IMG/VR virus record: IMGVR_UViG_3300008117_000088
Coordinates: 32,031-96,030 of that record
Source: a virus
Length of the DNA: 64,000 nucleotides
Strand: one strand, 5' to 3'
Every line of letters begins with the position of its first letter. The stretch's first letter is position 1. This document shows, in pieces, positions 38,618-48,597 of the stretch. The position numbers and the translations under genes are program-made. The notes under the pieces were generated by a model. It saw nothing but the letters and a program-made list of their open reading frames with translations. It made no database searches and was not told the DNA's origin.

Positions 38618-39678
38618 TAATCCGTAACCTCACGCTCAGTGAATACTTGGCCGCGAATGTATGTTTGCTCAAAATCTGGATCGCTAATAGATGTAGCTTG
38701 AAGGTCCCAAAACGCTCTTACCGGTAAGCGTTGTGTTTGGTCTTTTGTTAAAGATAAACGTAATTTCTTTGAAGACATATCTTCTACGGTAACAGTAAAG
38801 GTTGCCCACAACGAAGGTGAGTTTGGATACGTACGAATCTGTGCTTTAAATGTAAGGTCGTTAAAATTAACATCATTAGGAAAGTCAAAGATTCCGTACC
38901 AAGAGTCGCCTTGGTATAGAACCATATCGTAGGTTCCTACGTTTGATGGGAGAGGGTTCTTGCCCATAACATCTACAGGTAGGTATACGCGGTCCGGTCT
39001 ACGAGCATCATCCACTTCTTGTGGAACATATACAGGAACAAGCTTGTTAGTGATTCTGCTGGTACGACGTAGAGTTCCAACTTCAATACGCCATAGACCA
39101 ATATTAAGAGCGGCGCAAAGTTGCTTGTATTGATCTAAGCGCTGTTGAATAATATTTGATAGCTGATGGAAACGTTCAGAACGCGGAATGGTTACGCCAT
39201 CTGGGGCAAAGATATTAATATCAAATGATGCGTCAGTAGCAAGTACCCAAAGTGCCTCTACTGCTGAAAGAATGACTAGTGGGTATTCCTCAACCGCAGG
39301 TATTTTAGAAACGCTAATAGAACTTCCATATGCATCGCTTCTGTTATGAATGTGTTGAGTAACAGCTATATTTACAAAGTTCTCTAAGTCAGAATCTGTG
39401 AAATATCTGTAGTGAGTTCCCTCTACAGTGATTAAAGCGTTGTTGGCTGGGGCGGTAGTGAATATGACACGCCCATGGTCTTTTTCAAGACGATAGCCAG
39501 AAGGGGTGGGGATTGTTGCCCCGTTAACCTTTACTAAAAGGGTGTTAGGGTCTACGGGCTTTACATCCACGTAGAAAATCTTGTTAGACCCGTCTCCGCG
39601 GTCCTCCCAAGTAAACTGCTTGGGTAGATCTCCGAGTTCTGTACGAACCCTAGAAACAAGGTCAGAAATAGACGCCAC
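38617..39678 (-). CDS. head-tail adaptor-like protein with inserted beta domains (fibre anchor)
   Basis: [15 protein letters not shown] adaptor motif; [17 protein letters not shown] insert; C-terminal LYQGDSW..AQIR..WDLQ domain. Confidence 0.65.
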
Positions 39679-39745
39679 ACCTGCTCCTTATACCTAGACG
39701 CACGTTAAACATATAATCCCATGCGCTTGTTATTTCAGTCCTTAT

Positions 39746-39776
39746 AAACGAAACGACGGGCCCGAAGACCCGTCGC
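39746..39776 (-). terminator. intrinsic terminator
   Basis: GCGACGGGTC-TTCG-GGCCCGTCGT then TTCGTTT (cUUCGg loop). Confidence 0.85.
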
Positions 39777-39792
39777 TACGTAGAGACTAATC

Positions 39793-40155
39793 TCAGATGA
39801 CTCCTGCTAGATAACCTTTTTCATGTAGGTGTTCCGCAACAGCTTTGGTTACTTTGTACTTCTGACCCGCCTTAAACGAGTAGTAGTTTCCTGCACCAAG
39901 TGTCATAGATTCGATGTCTGTAATAACGCGAATCTCTACGGTCTCTCCTTCTTGATTGCCAACAATCTTAACCTCATCAACAACAATTGCTGGTTGGTTA
40001 GGCTTTGTAGCATCAAGGACTTCGGTCTCTAGTTTAATCTGAGCCTCAGCCGTAGCAAGGGACATTTCTTCTGAACGCTTTTGAATCTCATCAATGTGCT
40101 CTGCAACGAGAGCATCACGCTTACGACCTGTTACGTCGTTAGGGTTTCTGGCCAC
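39793..40155 (-). CDS. head-associated protein after MCP
   Basis: Start revised to GTG 40155 after GGAGG; C-terminal YSFKAGQKYKV..HLHEKGY. Confidence 0.7.
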   Translation of the reverse strand: MARNPNDVTGRKRDALVAEHIDEIQKRSEEMSLATAEAQIKLETEVLDATKPNQPAIVVDEVKIVGNQEGETVEIRVITDIESMTLGAGNYYSFKAGQKYKVTKAVAEHLHEKGYLAGVI

Positions 40156-40191
40156 TTTGTATCCTCCGATATATTGACTGTGAAAGTTTGT

Positions 40192-40219
40192 GTTGGGGGC
40201 GAGCGGACCCGCCCCCAAC
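40192..40219 (-). terminator. GC-rich hairpin 3' of major capsid gene (terminator/stabiliser)
   Basis: GTTGGGGGCG/CGCCCCCAAC 10-bp inverted repeat; weak U tract. Confidence 0.65.
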
Positions 40220-40231
40220 TTTACTGCTTAA

Positions 40232-41299
40232 TTAGTTGGTTTCTGCAATCACAACAGCCTGGTCAGTGATTAGACCTAGACCGAAGATTGAGTACCAAGC
40301 AAGTGCATGCTCACGACCGAAGTCTAGAATACCGCCATCGCGGAGTTCGACTGGAAGAGAGATTGCGTGACCGAATGCGTTATCTCCAATGAAGATAGCT
40401 GCATAACGATCCTTGTTACCGTTACCCTGCTTTGTAGTTGGGGTTACGTATCCGCCACCAGGTGTGATGGTTGGAGTTACTGCTGAATCAGCTGAGTAAC
40501 CTGAACCTGCACCGTTTGGCACCTTGAGAACCTGAGTGGTCTCAATGAAAACTGTGTCATACAAACGGCCGATTTCGCCGAGCATGAAGTTTCCTGGAGC
40601 TGCGTACTTCGTGACTTCAATAAATTCTGGCATGTCACGGAGCTTACGGCTCTGGTGTGGGTGAACGAATGCCACGTAGGTTTCACCCAACCGTGGAATG
40701 TTCTTGGTTGCAAGGGTCTCTACTGCATCCTTCACGGTACGTGGAGTGAAGTAGTAGGTACCTGTCATAGCTGCACGGTTAGCAGCGGTTGTACCGTCTG
40801 CATACCAGTTGTTAACAGCTGTTAGAGCGCTGCGGTCTTCACCATAGATGGTTGAGGTTGCAGCGTAGAGTGTGTCGCGTGATAGTTGATCTAGATAGAT
40901 CGCCATGTTACGACCAAGCAGACGTGAGGCAGATGCCATTACGTCATCAAATGAAGCGTTGAGTAGCAACTCAGAAACAGCAAGAGCATAACCATGCTCA
41001 GTTACTGTGATTGAGAATTGCTGTGCGGTCAACGCGTTGGTTTGCATACGCACACCTTCGACAAGTGCTGATGCAAAGCCGAGGTTGTTGTAACGCATGA
41101 AGTTAATTTGTAGACCAGGTGCAACACCAAGTTCAGTCTTCTTGACTGCAAATTGCTCGAAGCGAAGGATTGGCAGAGCCTGGAAAAGGATTTCCTTTGA
41201 CCAGATCTGTTGAATCGCCTGAGTTAGCTGGGTGTTGGTACCTGAGTAAGCTGTGGGTGCCGCAGCGAGATTGCCGGTACCCGTGATTCCAGATGCCAT
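40232..41299 (-). CDS. major capsid protein (N4 gp56-family HK97 fold)
   Basis: LRFEQFA, AFVHPHQ..DMPEF..YA..GEIGRLYD..FIET, DFGREHALAWY. Confidence 0.92.
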   Translation of the reverse strand: MASGITGTGNLAAAPTAYSGTNTQLTQAIQQIWSKEILFQALPILRFEQFAVKKTELGVAPGLQINFMRYNNLGFASALVEGVRMQTNALTAQQFSITVTEHGYALAVSELLLNASFDDVMASASRLLGRNMAIYLDQLSRDTLYAATSTIYGEDRSALTAVNNWYADGTTAANRAAMTGTYYFTPRTVKDAVETLATKNIPRLGETYVAFVHPHQSRKLRDMPEFIEVTKYAAPGNFMLGEIGRLYDTVFIETTQVLKVPNGAGSGYSADSAVTPTITPGGGYVTPTTKQGNGNKDRYAAIFIGDNAFGHAISLPVELRDGGILDFGREHALAWYSIFGLGLITDQAVVIAETN

Positions 41300-41339
41300 T
41301 TAGCTATAGCTCCTTAGTTTGGATTTGGGATTGGGTTCT

Positions 41340-42128
41340 TTATCCGAACAGACCCGTTTGTACCCCACGAGCTTGAGGACTCATGAGTTTGTCTCTGTAC
41401 TGTGCGTATTCTTGAACTGACATGGCTGCAATTTCTTGAGCCGTAAAGTTACGTTGCGACGTATTGTTTTCCAATGGTCCGGCTGGAGGCAAGGTTGCCC
41501 TTGTCCCCGTCATATCTCGACGTGTGGCCTGCATTGCTGCCTGCGCTGATTCGAGAATTCTTGATGAGCGTTCTTTCAAGCCTTCGATACTTGCATCAAT
41601 CTCTTCGCGGGTATTACCTGCGATTAGATCCATAAGTTCTGGCATGATATTTTCACGCTCTTGATCTACACGTTGTGCACGGTAGTTCTGGAGGTCAGTA
41701 AATAACCTCTCCTGCTCCAGTAGAGCGAAGGCTCGTTCGCGTTCCTGACGCTCACGCTCCAACTGCTCTTGCCACTCGTTTTCTTTAACTTTAAGAAGTT
41801 CACGAACCTCAAGTTCTGACTCACGTTCTTCTTTAGCCTTAGCTTCAGCAGCGGCTTGTAGTTCCGCCTGCTCTTGTGCTAAACGAGTAGCCTGCTCTTC
41901 TTTTTCACGACGAAGAGAAGCAACTTCATCTTTTAATTGTTCGATCTGTGGATAAAGTTTATCTTTTTCCTGTGAACGAACTTTTGCTAGATCTTCTTCA
42001 GTATAAAACTTTGAGTTAACTGAAGATGTTGTAACAGTAGGCGCGTCAACGCCCGACACATTTACAACTGGAACAGTTCCTGCTTCGGCTGCGAAAGCCT
42101 CTGCAGCATTTTCTGCGACTTCTGACAT
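41340..42128 (-). CDS. capsid scaffolding protein
   Basis: Acidic coiled coil between portal and MCP; YTEEDLAKVRSQEKDKLY; IAAMSVQEY tail. Confidence 0.8.
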   Translation of the reverse strand: MSEVAENAAEAFAAEAGTVPVVNVSGVDAPTVTTSSVNSKFYTEEDLAKVRSQEKDKLYPQIEQLKDEVASLRREKEEQATRLAQEQAELQAAAEAKAKEERESELEVRELLKVKENEWQEQLERERQERERAFALLEQERLFTDLQNYRAQRVDQERENIMPELMDLIAGNTREEIDASIEGLKERSSRILESAQAAMQATRRDMTGTRATLPPAGPLENNTSQRNFTAQEIAAMSVQEYAQYRDKLMSPQARGVQTGLFG

Positions 42129-42240
42129 GCTTGATTCCTTTACATCCTAGGGGTCGTTATCCGATATGAGAGCACGTATGACCTAACGTTTTGCAGTATT
42201 AATTTTTCTATTAAGTGCGAAAATAATCAGCCTAAACTGG

Positions 42241-43956
42241 TTATTTTTCGTACTCTTCTGGTACACGCCTCTGTGGGAGTTGTGTGCCATAAGCTTCGGT
42301 TACTAGGCGGTTTCTTAGGTTCGCCTCTGCGTTCATGGTCATCTGAGAGGCTTCATCTAAGTAAGGGGTAGCCGTATTTGGCTGACCTCCCATTGGGACG
42401 CCATTCTCTGGACTCATGATTGGTTGACCTGCCTGGCCGTCTGGACCTGGCATCATTCCTGTAAGACTCATAATTTCTTGTGCGATGGAGTTCTTAACCA
42501 TCTGTAGGGCGCCATCTGCCTTAGCATCATCAATAAGTTCTTGTCTGATTTCTTGAATCTTCTCTGCTGGGAACTCTTCTCCAAGAGCACGTAAAGCGCC
42601 TTCTTTAGACTCAAGTCCTAATGACATCTTGGTTTGAATTTCGTTAAGAGCAATCAACTTATCTAGTGGCAAAGGCTGAGGGAAATGAACAATAGATCTG
42701 TAGGTAATATCGTCATTTGGATCTAATTGAGGCAACTGACCCGGCTTTAGTGGGGTGCTAGTTGTAGGGTTCCAGGTAAAGGTTTCAGGCTCTTTAATTG
42801 CTAGGTTTAGAAGAATAAGTTCATTTACTCGCTCAAGACCATTTGCGTATTGAATAATCTTTTGATGATAGCGGTTCATCAAAGGCTGGAATTGAATAGA
42901 AAGAGCAACACCAGAGGTGTTTGAAATAGGTTGAGCTTGACCAAGTGCCGTTTCTGGCACACCAATCATTTCGTGCATTGACTTCTTGAGCATTGCCATG
43001 TATTCCATGGCACCCTTTAGTCCTTGCGCCCCACCTTCCAAATTTTCAACACGGGCATCTTTAGGTAGTCCGCCCCAGACTTTATTTGCACCTTTTTCGA
43101 GCTGCGAAGCTTTTGCTCCAATGATAACTGTAACCGGCGCAGCGTGATAATTGATAATGTCAGCCACATCAGTAGCAGTTTCGTTATAAGTCCTGTTAAT
43201 GCTAATAATGTCGTTGCAATCAGATAGACCCCAAGGAGAGCCACTGATGCGAACGTTCGGAATATGTACAACAGGAATAGTGCCAAGCGGATTAGGACGA
43301 GAATCAATAAGTTCATCGTTAATGTACTCTTCAATAACATCGTCCGTAAGAATTTCTGTATATGTAAATACTTGACGAGTTCCTTCCAAAGACGTTCCCC
43401 AGAAGCGGTACTTAAGCTTAAAACGAATAAGGCGTTCACGGTCATGAGGATGAAACTCTGGGAAGCAGAAAGATGAGTTAAGGGGAAGGATACGAACGCG
43501 GCCGGGATGGACCCTACCAGCAGGATCTTTATATTCTTCTTCATAGGCGACCTTGATGAAGCAGTCACCAGAGACCGTACCTTGCTGACCAATTTCCCAA
43601 AGGACTGTTGCTTTATTGTTGTCAACCTCCCATACCCTCTCAAGAAGGTCTGGGACAATTGCCTCAGTTTCCTTCGGGGAGCGGAATTGGACTCCTTTAC
43701 CGAAAGTAAAGTTGATAATAAAATCTGAAAACGCACGATAGTAGTTTAACGCTATCTGAGATTCGCCGGTCTGTCGGCGATAAGAATAGTGATGACCTAG
43801 GTACATTGCCCAGTTCATCGAATAGCGATTTAGTCGCGGACCATGTACTTCAAATTCTTCATCTGCTAGTTCTACTAAACCTAGCGGAGAAATGGAGATA
43901 GTAAGATCGCTAGACGCCGCCCTATAACTGGGTGGTGAAAAGTCAATCGAACTCAC
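42241..43956 (-). CDS. portal protein (SPP1 gp6-like)
   Basis: NPLGTIPVVHIPN..WGLSD, SNTSGVAL, size and position. Confidence 0.92.
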   Translation of the reverse strand: MSSIDFSPPSYRAASSDLTISISPLGLVELADEEFEVHGPRLNRYSMNWAMYLGHHYSYRRQTGESQIALNYYRAFSDFIINFTFGKGVQFRSPKETEAIVPDLLERVWEVDNNKATVLWEIGQQGTVSGDCFIKVAYEEEYKDPAGRVHPGRVRILPLNSSFCFPEFHPHDRERLIRFKLKYRFWGTSLEGTRQVFTYTEILTDDVIEEYINDELIDSRPNPLGTIPVVHIPNVRISGSPWGLSDCNDIISINRTYNETATDVADIINYHAAPVTVIIGAKASQLEKGANKVWGGLPKDARVENLEGGAQGLKGAMEYMAMLKKSMHEMIGVPETALGQAQPISNTSGVALSIQFQPLMNRYHQKIIQYANGLERVNELILLNLAIKEPETFTWNPTTSTPLKPGQLPQLDPNDDITYRSIVHFPQPLPLDKLIALNEIQTKMSLGLESKEGALRALGEEFPAEKIQEIRQELIDDAKADGALQMVKNSIAQEIMSLTGMMPGPDGQAGQPIMSPENGVPMGGQPNTATPYLDEASQMTMNAEANLRNRLVTEAYGTQLPQRRVPEEYEK

Positions 43957-43996
43957 TTAGCACTCCTAAACTGATAGGGCGCAATCGTAGCAAAAA

Positions 43997-44308
43997 CTAC
44001 TTTTTGACGCCTTCGCCTTTGATAAGACCGCGACCAACTGGCTTGGTCACTTTCTTCATAACCTTCTTTTTTTCTTTATCTTTCTTTTCCTCCACGTAGT
44101 CTCTCATCCTAGGATCTATGTCCTTCTTTGAGTTGACGTACTTTCCGCCCTTCATTGAGTACTGAGAATGTACCCAGTGAGCAGATGCTGGAGAGGGATA
44201 TTTTGGAAACTTACTTTTAGCCTGAGTAACAATCAAATTATAAAGACGAGGATTAGCAGGAATCTGCTTAGGACCCTGTTGAACTGATTTACCTGAAATT
44301 AGCGCCAT
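43997..44308 (-). CDS. basic hypothetical protein
   Basis: NPRLY..AKSKF..YPS..KGGKY; AAGG RBS. Confidence 0.7.
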   Translation of the reverse strand: MALISGKSVQQGPKQIPANPRLYNLIVTQAKSKFPKYPSPASAHWVHSQYSMKGGKYVNSKKDIDPRMRDYVEEKKDKEKKKVMKKVTKPVGRGLIKGEGVKK

Positions 44309-44391
44309 AGCTATCCCTTAATAAGTTGTCCTGCCCCGGGTTAATGCTAAGCAAATAACCTATTTAATACGAGGCAGGACTCCTTAAATTG

Positions 44392-44790
44392 TTAGTCGTT
44401 TACTACCGCAGGATTTTGTTTTTCCTGATGTCCGCCATCACGGAAAACACGCTCGAAGTCGTTCTTGCCATGGTCAGCAAAAGCACCTGTAGAGAATTCT
44501 CCAAGATGATCTGGTGCTGAAACCCATGCAGCTGAACCTACGTGAGCACGCTCACGCATTGTCTCTTCTGCGGTCTTTGTGTGAACTGGGGCATTGCGGT
44601 TAGGGCGACCTGCTGCAGGCTTATATCCCTGCTCTGCTCCCGTAGCAAATTGTGCTGGAACATCTGTGTCAGTTGCGACACCTTCTTCGAAACGAAGTGG
44701 TCCGCGTTGACCTGGTAGTGCGCCCGCCATTTTACGGTCGTAGACGTTGCCAGGACGTTCTGGGAACTTAGGTGATGGTGCGATTGTCAT
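44392..44790 (-). CDS. hypothetical protein (likely virion)
   Basis: AAGGAG RBS; between terminase and portal. Confidence 0.75.
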   Translation of the reverse strand: MTIAPSPKFPERPGNVYDRKMAGALPGQRGPLRFEEGVATDTDVPAQFATGAEQGYKPAAGRPNRNAPVHTKTAEETMRERAHVGSAAWVSAPDHLGEFSTGAFADHGKNDFERVFRDGGHQEKQNPAVVND

Positions 44791-44870
44791 ATATGACTCC
44801 TTATTGAAGGTTGAGGGCCTCAGGTAAAAGTATCCATCAGTACCAGAGAAATCTCATAGTAAAGTCGGGA

Positions 44871-46451
44871 CTATCTGCCATAAAATGGGGATGAGGACAT
44901 TTCTACTTGGGGCATGGTTAAATCCATAGTTAAGGCACAGGCAATGGCTAGGCTATCTGCATAATCATCATGGGCATGGGCTTCTTCTGGGGCATGTGCC
45001 AAAAAGTTAGGACCTTGAAACTTTGTCTCTAAGTCCGTCATTTGTTGGTAAAAACGCTTCCAAGATCTAAGACGTCTTGTCTTAGCGTGGGCTGGCCAAC
45101 CAACCATTCGCCTATCAATTAACGCCTTTAAGTGTTTCCAACGTTTAGATTGTTCTTGCTGGCTACTGCCAACTGAATGAACTTCTGCTCTTGGTAATAG
45201 TAGTTTTAAACGTTGAGCAACAGCATCTCCGACACCATTTGCGTCAACTCCAACTGCTAGTACATCGTAGTTAGATAAAAAGTTAACTATTTGAAAATAC
45301 TGGTCTTCCCAATCGTCTCCTTGGATTTCTAACCAGTTTAAGACTCTGTGGTCGAAGTATCCGAATTCGTCCGGCCTGTCCCAGTCGACCCATACCACCG
45401 TGACGACCGTTGAGTCCATCTTCCGTGCCGGGTCAACTCCCACCACCACAGGCGTTCTGTGCCAAGCTTTAACAACTTCTTGCGAAGTGTCTCCCAATTC
45501 ATCCATGACTTGGGATGTGACGAACATACCTCTCTCCAACAACCACTTACAGTTGTAAGACATTTGAAATTCATCTGAGTCTTCGCCAATCCTAAGCATT
45601 TCACGTTTAATGAATTTGCCGTAATTAAGGTTTACTTTAGAGACTTCTTTCCAGTCCCACTCAAAATGGTTTTGTTTTGCTCCGCGACTAGTCTGACGTC
45701 TCTTGTTCAATTGTATGCTTTTATAAAAGTTATTTTTGCTTGTAGTAGGGGTGCCGGTCTTAACCATTGTTCCTGAGTAGTATGCCAACATAGGGGAAAT
45801 AGATTTTGAAACCACAAAGTCATCAGCCTCTTGGCACTCATCAATAACTACAAGGTGGAAAGACTTAGACTCAATCTTTGCCCTAGGGTTTGCAGTCATC
45901 ATGGTTAGACTTGACCCAGAGTTCTTTAAGCGTATTTGTCGTGTTACACCTGGAACTTTACCAAGGCTGTCATCAATTTCTGGATCACCAAGAATCTCTA
46001 TTGCACGCTCACTAGTAAGACGATTTACTGATCTACCAAATAGAGTTTCAACCTGACCTTCAACTGGAGCAAACATTCCTATCCAAATTCCATCTTTAAA
46101 CTTACCAAGAAGATCTGGGTACATACGCGCTAGTCGAGGTAGTAAAACCATTAATGTCACTACAGTATTTGCAATTGTTTCTGATTTACCTGATTGACGA
46201 GCTGCAAGCGCTGTTACTTCTTCGCCATCATTAATAAGTACGGACTCAATAATTCTTCGAGCCAAAGGTTTTTGATATGGGTGCAGGTCATGTCCGACTA
46301 ATGCCTCCATAAAGGTCATAGTCTTTTCGATAAGCTTGTCTACAAAGGCTCTCGATAACTCATCTAAACCGTCATCTTCTTCTGGCGGTAGATCGTCTTC
46401 TTCTTCCTCGACAAGGATCTCGTCTTCTTCTACAAATTCAATATCACTCAT
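44871..46451 (-). CDS. terL: terminase large subunit
   Basis: ARQSGKS Walker A, VIDECQE Walker B, TGTP, VGVDPA RNase-H-like nuclease, HDDYADS. Confidence 0.95.
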   Translation of the reverse strand: MSDIEFVEEDEILVEEEEDDLPPEEDDGLDELSRAFVDKLIEKTMTFMEALVGHDLHPYQKPLARRIIESVLINDGEEVTALAARQSGKSETIANTVVTLMVLLPRLARMYPDLLGKFKDGIWIGMFAPVEGQVETLFGRSVNRLTSERAIEILGDPEIDDSLGKVPGVTRQIRLKNSGSSLTMMTANPRAKIESKSFHLVVIDECQEADDFVVSKSISPMLAYYSGTMVKTGTPTTSKNNFYKSIQLNKRRQTSRGAKQNHFEWDWKEVSKVNLNYGKFIKREMLRIGEDSDEFQMSYNCKWLLERGMFVTSQVMDELGDTSQEVVKAWHRTPVVVGVDPARKMDSTVVTVVWVDWDRPDEFGYFDHRVLNWLEIQGDDWEDQYFQIVNFLSNYDVLAVGVDANGVGDAVAQRLKLLLPRAEVHSVGSSQQEQSKRWKHLKALIDRRMVGWPAHAKTRRLRSWKRFYQQMTDLETKFQGPNFLAHAPEEAHAHDDYADSLAIACALTMDLTMPQVEMSSSPFYGR

Positions 46452-46471
46452 ACTTACCTAAGTCTAGAATA

Positions 46472-46502
46472 AAACACAAAGCCTTGGCTTTTAACCAAGG
46501 CT
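46472..46502 (-). terminator. intrinsic terminator
   Basis: AGCCTTGG-TTAAAAG-CCAAGGCT followed by TTGTGTTT. Confidence 0.7.
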
Positions 46503-46553
46503 GAGTGCTGCCACACGGGGAGAAGGAAGTGAGGTAGGTAAATTATAGAGCAA

Positions 46554-46805
46554 TTAAGAAATCTTGGTCATGCGGGTGTGCAGTTCGTCCACCACGGCAT
46601 GGATAGCCTCGGCCCCAGTCAAGGCTTCTTTAAGGATTTTGGTATCCCGACCTTTTTCAAATTGAGTAAGGCAGCGACCAAGGTCGTACATAGCCTGGTC
46701 CACCCAAAGGATAAGTTCTCCGGTGGGAATCTTTTTTACCCTTTTTACGATTCTTTCATCAAAGGGTTTAGTCAACGGCTCTTTCTTTTTAAAAAGTTTC
46801 ATCAT
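46554..46805 (-). CDS. hypothetical protein
   Basis: ORF track; coupled. Confidence 0.7.
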   Translation of the reverse strand: MMKLFKKKEPLTKPFDERIVKRVKKIPTGELILWVDQAMYDLGRCLTQFEKGRDTKILKEALTGAEAIHAVVDELHTRMTKIS

Positions 46806-47085
46806 ATAAACCGTCCTTTGGTGTCCAGGCAGTTCTGCCTTTCATAGCGTTCATCATGATTAGGTCAATATCCTCATCTGTCAAAAGGTGAGGGTCAACA
46901 ACCGTTTTAAACAGGATTCCTAAATAAAAGCTTTTAGTTGTAAAAGGTGCCCTAAACACAAGGCACTTGCCCCTTCTAAAAGGGATTTCAGTCTCTTGGG
47001 TAGTTCCTACCTCAACAATAGGCAAAAGATTTTTATGAGGATACCTAAGAGTTCCAACGTATAGTGGTCCGTAAGTTTTCATCAA
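46789..47085 (-). CDS. hypothetical protein
   Basis: ORF track; ETEIPFRRGKCLVFR. Confidence 0.7.
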   Translation of the reverse strand: MMKTYGPLYVGTLRYPHKNLLPIVEVGTTQETEIPFRRGKCLVFRAPFTTKSFYLGILFKTVVDPHLLTDEDIDLIMMNAMKGRTAWTPKDGLYDETF

Positions 47086-47537
47086 TCGTTAAACATAACC
47101 CTTGTCTCTGCCGGCATCTCCGCGGGGTTAAAGTAACCCCAAGGCTGATCGTCCAGTCCGCTATAGCGCAAGTATAACCCAGTTGAGTTAGATGCTTTCA
47201 AATCGTTCCAGAACTCTACAGGAATGTCATAGTACTCAATCCAAGGTCCGTTGTTTTCAGCGCCTTTTTTGCCTCTGAACTTGACTACAAGCTTTTGAGC
47301 TTCTGCGCTATACGCAATCTTTAGCGCTCGCGGTCTGTCTGGATTAGTGGTGGGGGCATTCATTACCTTAAAGGCTGGCTCAGTCTCTCGTTCTTTTTCA
47401 GGTTCTTGCGTATTAACAATCTGCCAATCGTCAAATACTTTCTCACGACCACGTAAAGAAAGGTTGAGTTTTTTATTCTCAAGGTCCGCCCTAGACTGCC
47501 TGGTGCGTTGGTAATAATTGTCGTTAAATTTAGCCAC
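47082..47537 (-). CDS. KTSC-domain protein
   Basis: IAYSAEAQKLVVKF..YYDIP..WNDLKASNSTGLYL. Confidence 0.72.
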   Translation of the reverse strand: MAKFNDNYYQRTRQSRADLENKKLNLSLRGREKVFDDWQIVNTQEPEKERETEPAFKVMNAPTTNPDRPRALKIAYSAEAQKLVVKFRGKKGAENNGPWIEYYDIPVEFWNDLKASNSTGLYLRYSGLDDQPWGYFNPAEMPAETRVMFND

Positions 47538-47539
47538 GA

Positions 47540-47800
47540 TTACTCACAGACGTGATCCCCGGTCTTATTCTCAAGAACCCTAGCGTCACATACTTTGCAG
47601 ATCATAATTCTTGGCGCTGTGTAGTTATTCTGCGCTGTTGCCCCTACTGGAAAATTAGATCCGTCTTCTGATGATTCTGGCACGTAATCATCAACAATAG
47701 GTTTTTCATTAAATAACTCTCTAGGGAATGGACCCTGAGGTTCTAATACCTGCTTTGGAACAGGGTGCGCCTGAGGCGCATCAATCCTCGTTACTCTCAT
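47540..47800 (-). CDS. hypothetical protein with C-terminal Zn-finger-like motif
   Basis: CKVC..HVC. Confidence 0.65.
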   Translation of the reverse strand: MRVTRIDAPQAHPVPKQVLEPQGPFPRELFNEKPIVDDYVPESSEDGSNFPVGATAQNNYTAPRIMICKVCDARVLENKTGDHVCE

Positions 47801-47993
47801 CAGTTGTCTCTGATGGTGCGTCGGCCGCCTTTTTCTTTTTCTTTGGCGTTGTTTGTGTTGGGATGTTTAACTGCCCAGCCTCAGCACGTGGTCTTAGAAA
47901 GGCGGGAAGACACTTATGGCAGTAATAGACAGGACTTACTCCTGGATCTGCTACAACATAAAGTGCTGAGTCTGGACAGTTAAAACATTTCAT
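47781..47993 (-). CDS. small Zn-finger-like protein
   Basis: CFNC..CHKC. Confidence 0.65.
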   Translation of the reverse strand: MKCFNCPDSALYVVADPGVSPVYYCHKCLPAFLRPRAEAGQLNIPTQTTPKKKKKAADAPSETTDESNED

Positions 47994-47994
47994 G

Positions 47995-48264
47995 TTACTT
48001 CTTCTTTGCCTTTGCTTCTAACTTCTTAGTTACCTCAGAAGCGAGAGATGTAGCAACTCGACCAAACGCTGGATCTTTCTTATTGAACCAACGAAGTGCA
48101 GTAGGAACAAGAGATGACCACAAAGCGTTTGCTACAAGCAACCACTCCGCAGATCCAAATTCCAATGGACTAGCAATTCCGCTAGTTTGGCTTACGATTA
48201 CAACAGCTCCGATAACTTGACCAAGCAAGTTACGAGCATACGATTCAATCATCGCTTTATTCAT
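47995..48264 (-). CDS. holin-like membrane protein
   Basis: Two hydrophobic segments, LRWFNKKDPAFG, basic tail. Confidence 0.6.
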   Translation of the reverse strand: MNKAMIESYARNLLGQVIGAVVIVSQTSGIASPLEFGSAEWLLVANALWSSLVPTALRWFNKKDPAFGRVATSLASEVTKKLEAKAKKK

Positions 48265-48306
48265 AGTTCTCCTTGTGTAGCGGGCAACGCCCGTCCCACT
48301 AGTGTA

Positions 48307-48597
48307 CTACTTCGAACGCTTGCGGGTCTTGGGCTTATCACCTTCGGTAAGGTGCTGATCGAGACGACCCTTCATCTCGGCTAAATCTGCCTTTATTTCG
48401 GTGAGCATGGGCAGGATTTCTAGTTTGATCTTATCTGAAAGACTTTCTCCGCCGTTTGGCTTTAGCTCTTCTAAGTATGCTTTAATCACCCATCTGCCAA
48501 AAGCTATGAACACTACTGCTGTTGCTGTGAGGGAGGCTGCAACTCCGGACCAATCTAAAAGTGACATGTATAAATCCCTATCGTTATCTTGAGGCAC
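48307..48597 (-). CDS. single-TM actinophage-type membrane protein
   Basis: TM then ELKPNGGESL, coiled coil ending LDQHL. Confidence 0.6.
   Translation of the reverse strand: MPQDNDRDLYMSLLDWSGVAASLTATAVVFIAFGRWVIKAYLEELKPNGGESLSDKIKLEILPMLTEIKADLAEMKGRLDQHLTEGDKPKTRKRSK

Noticed and set aside
43017-43736. 239-aa alternative-frame ORF in the portal gene, the 213-aa antisense ORF 17411-18052 and similar shadow ORFs
   Set aside because: They lie within well-supported genes, with no motifs or RBS.
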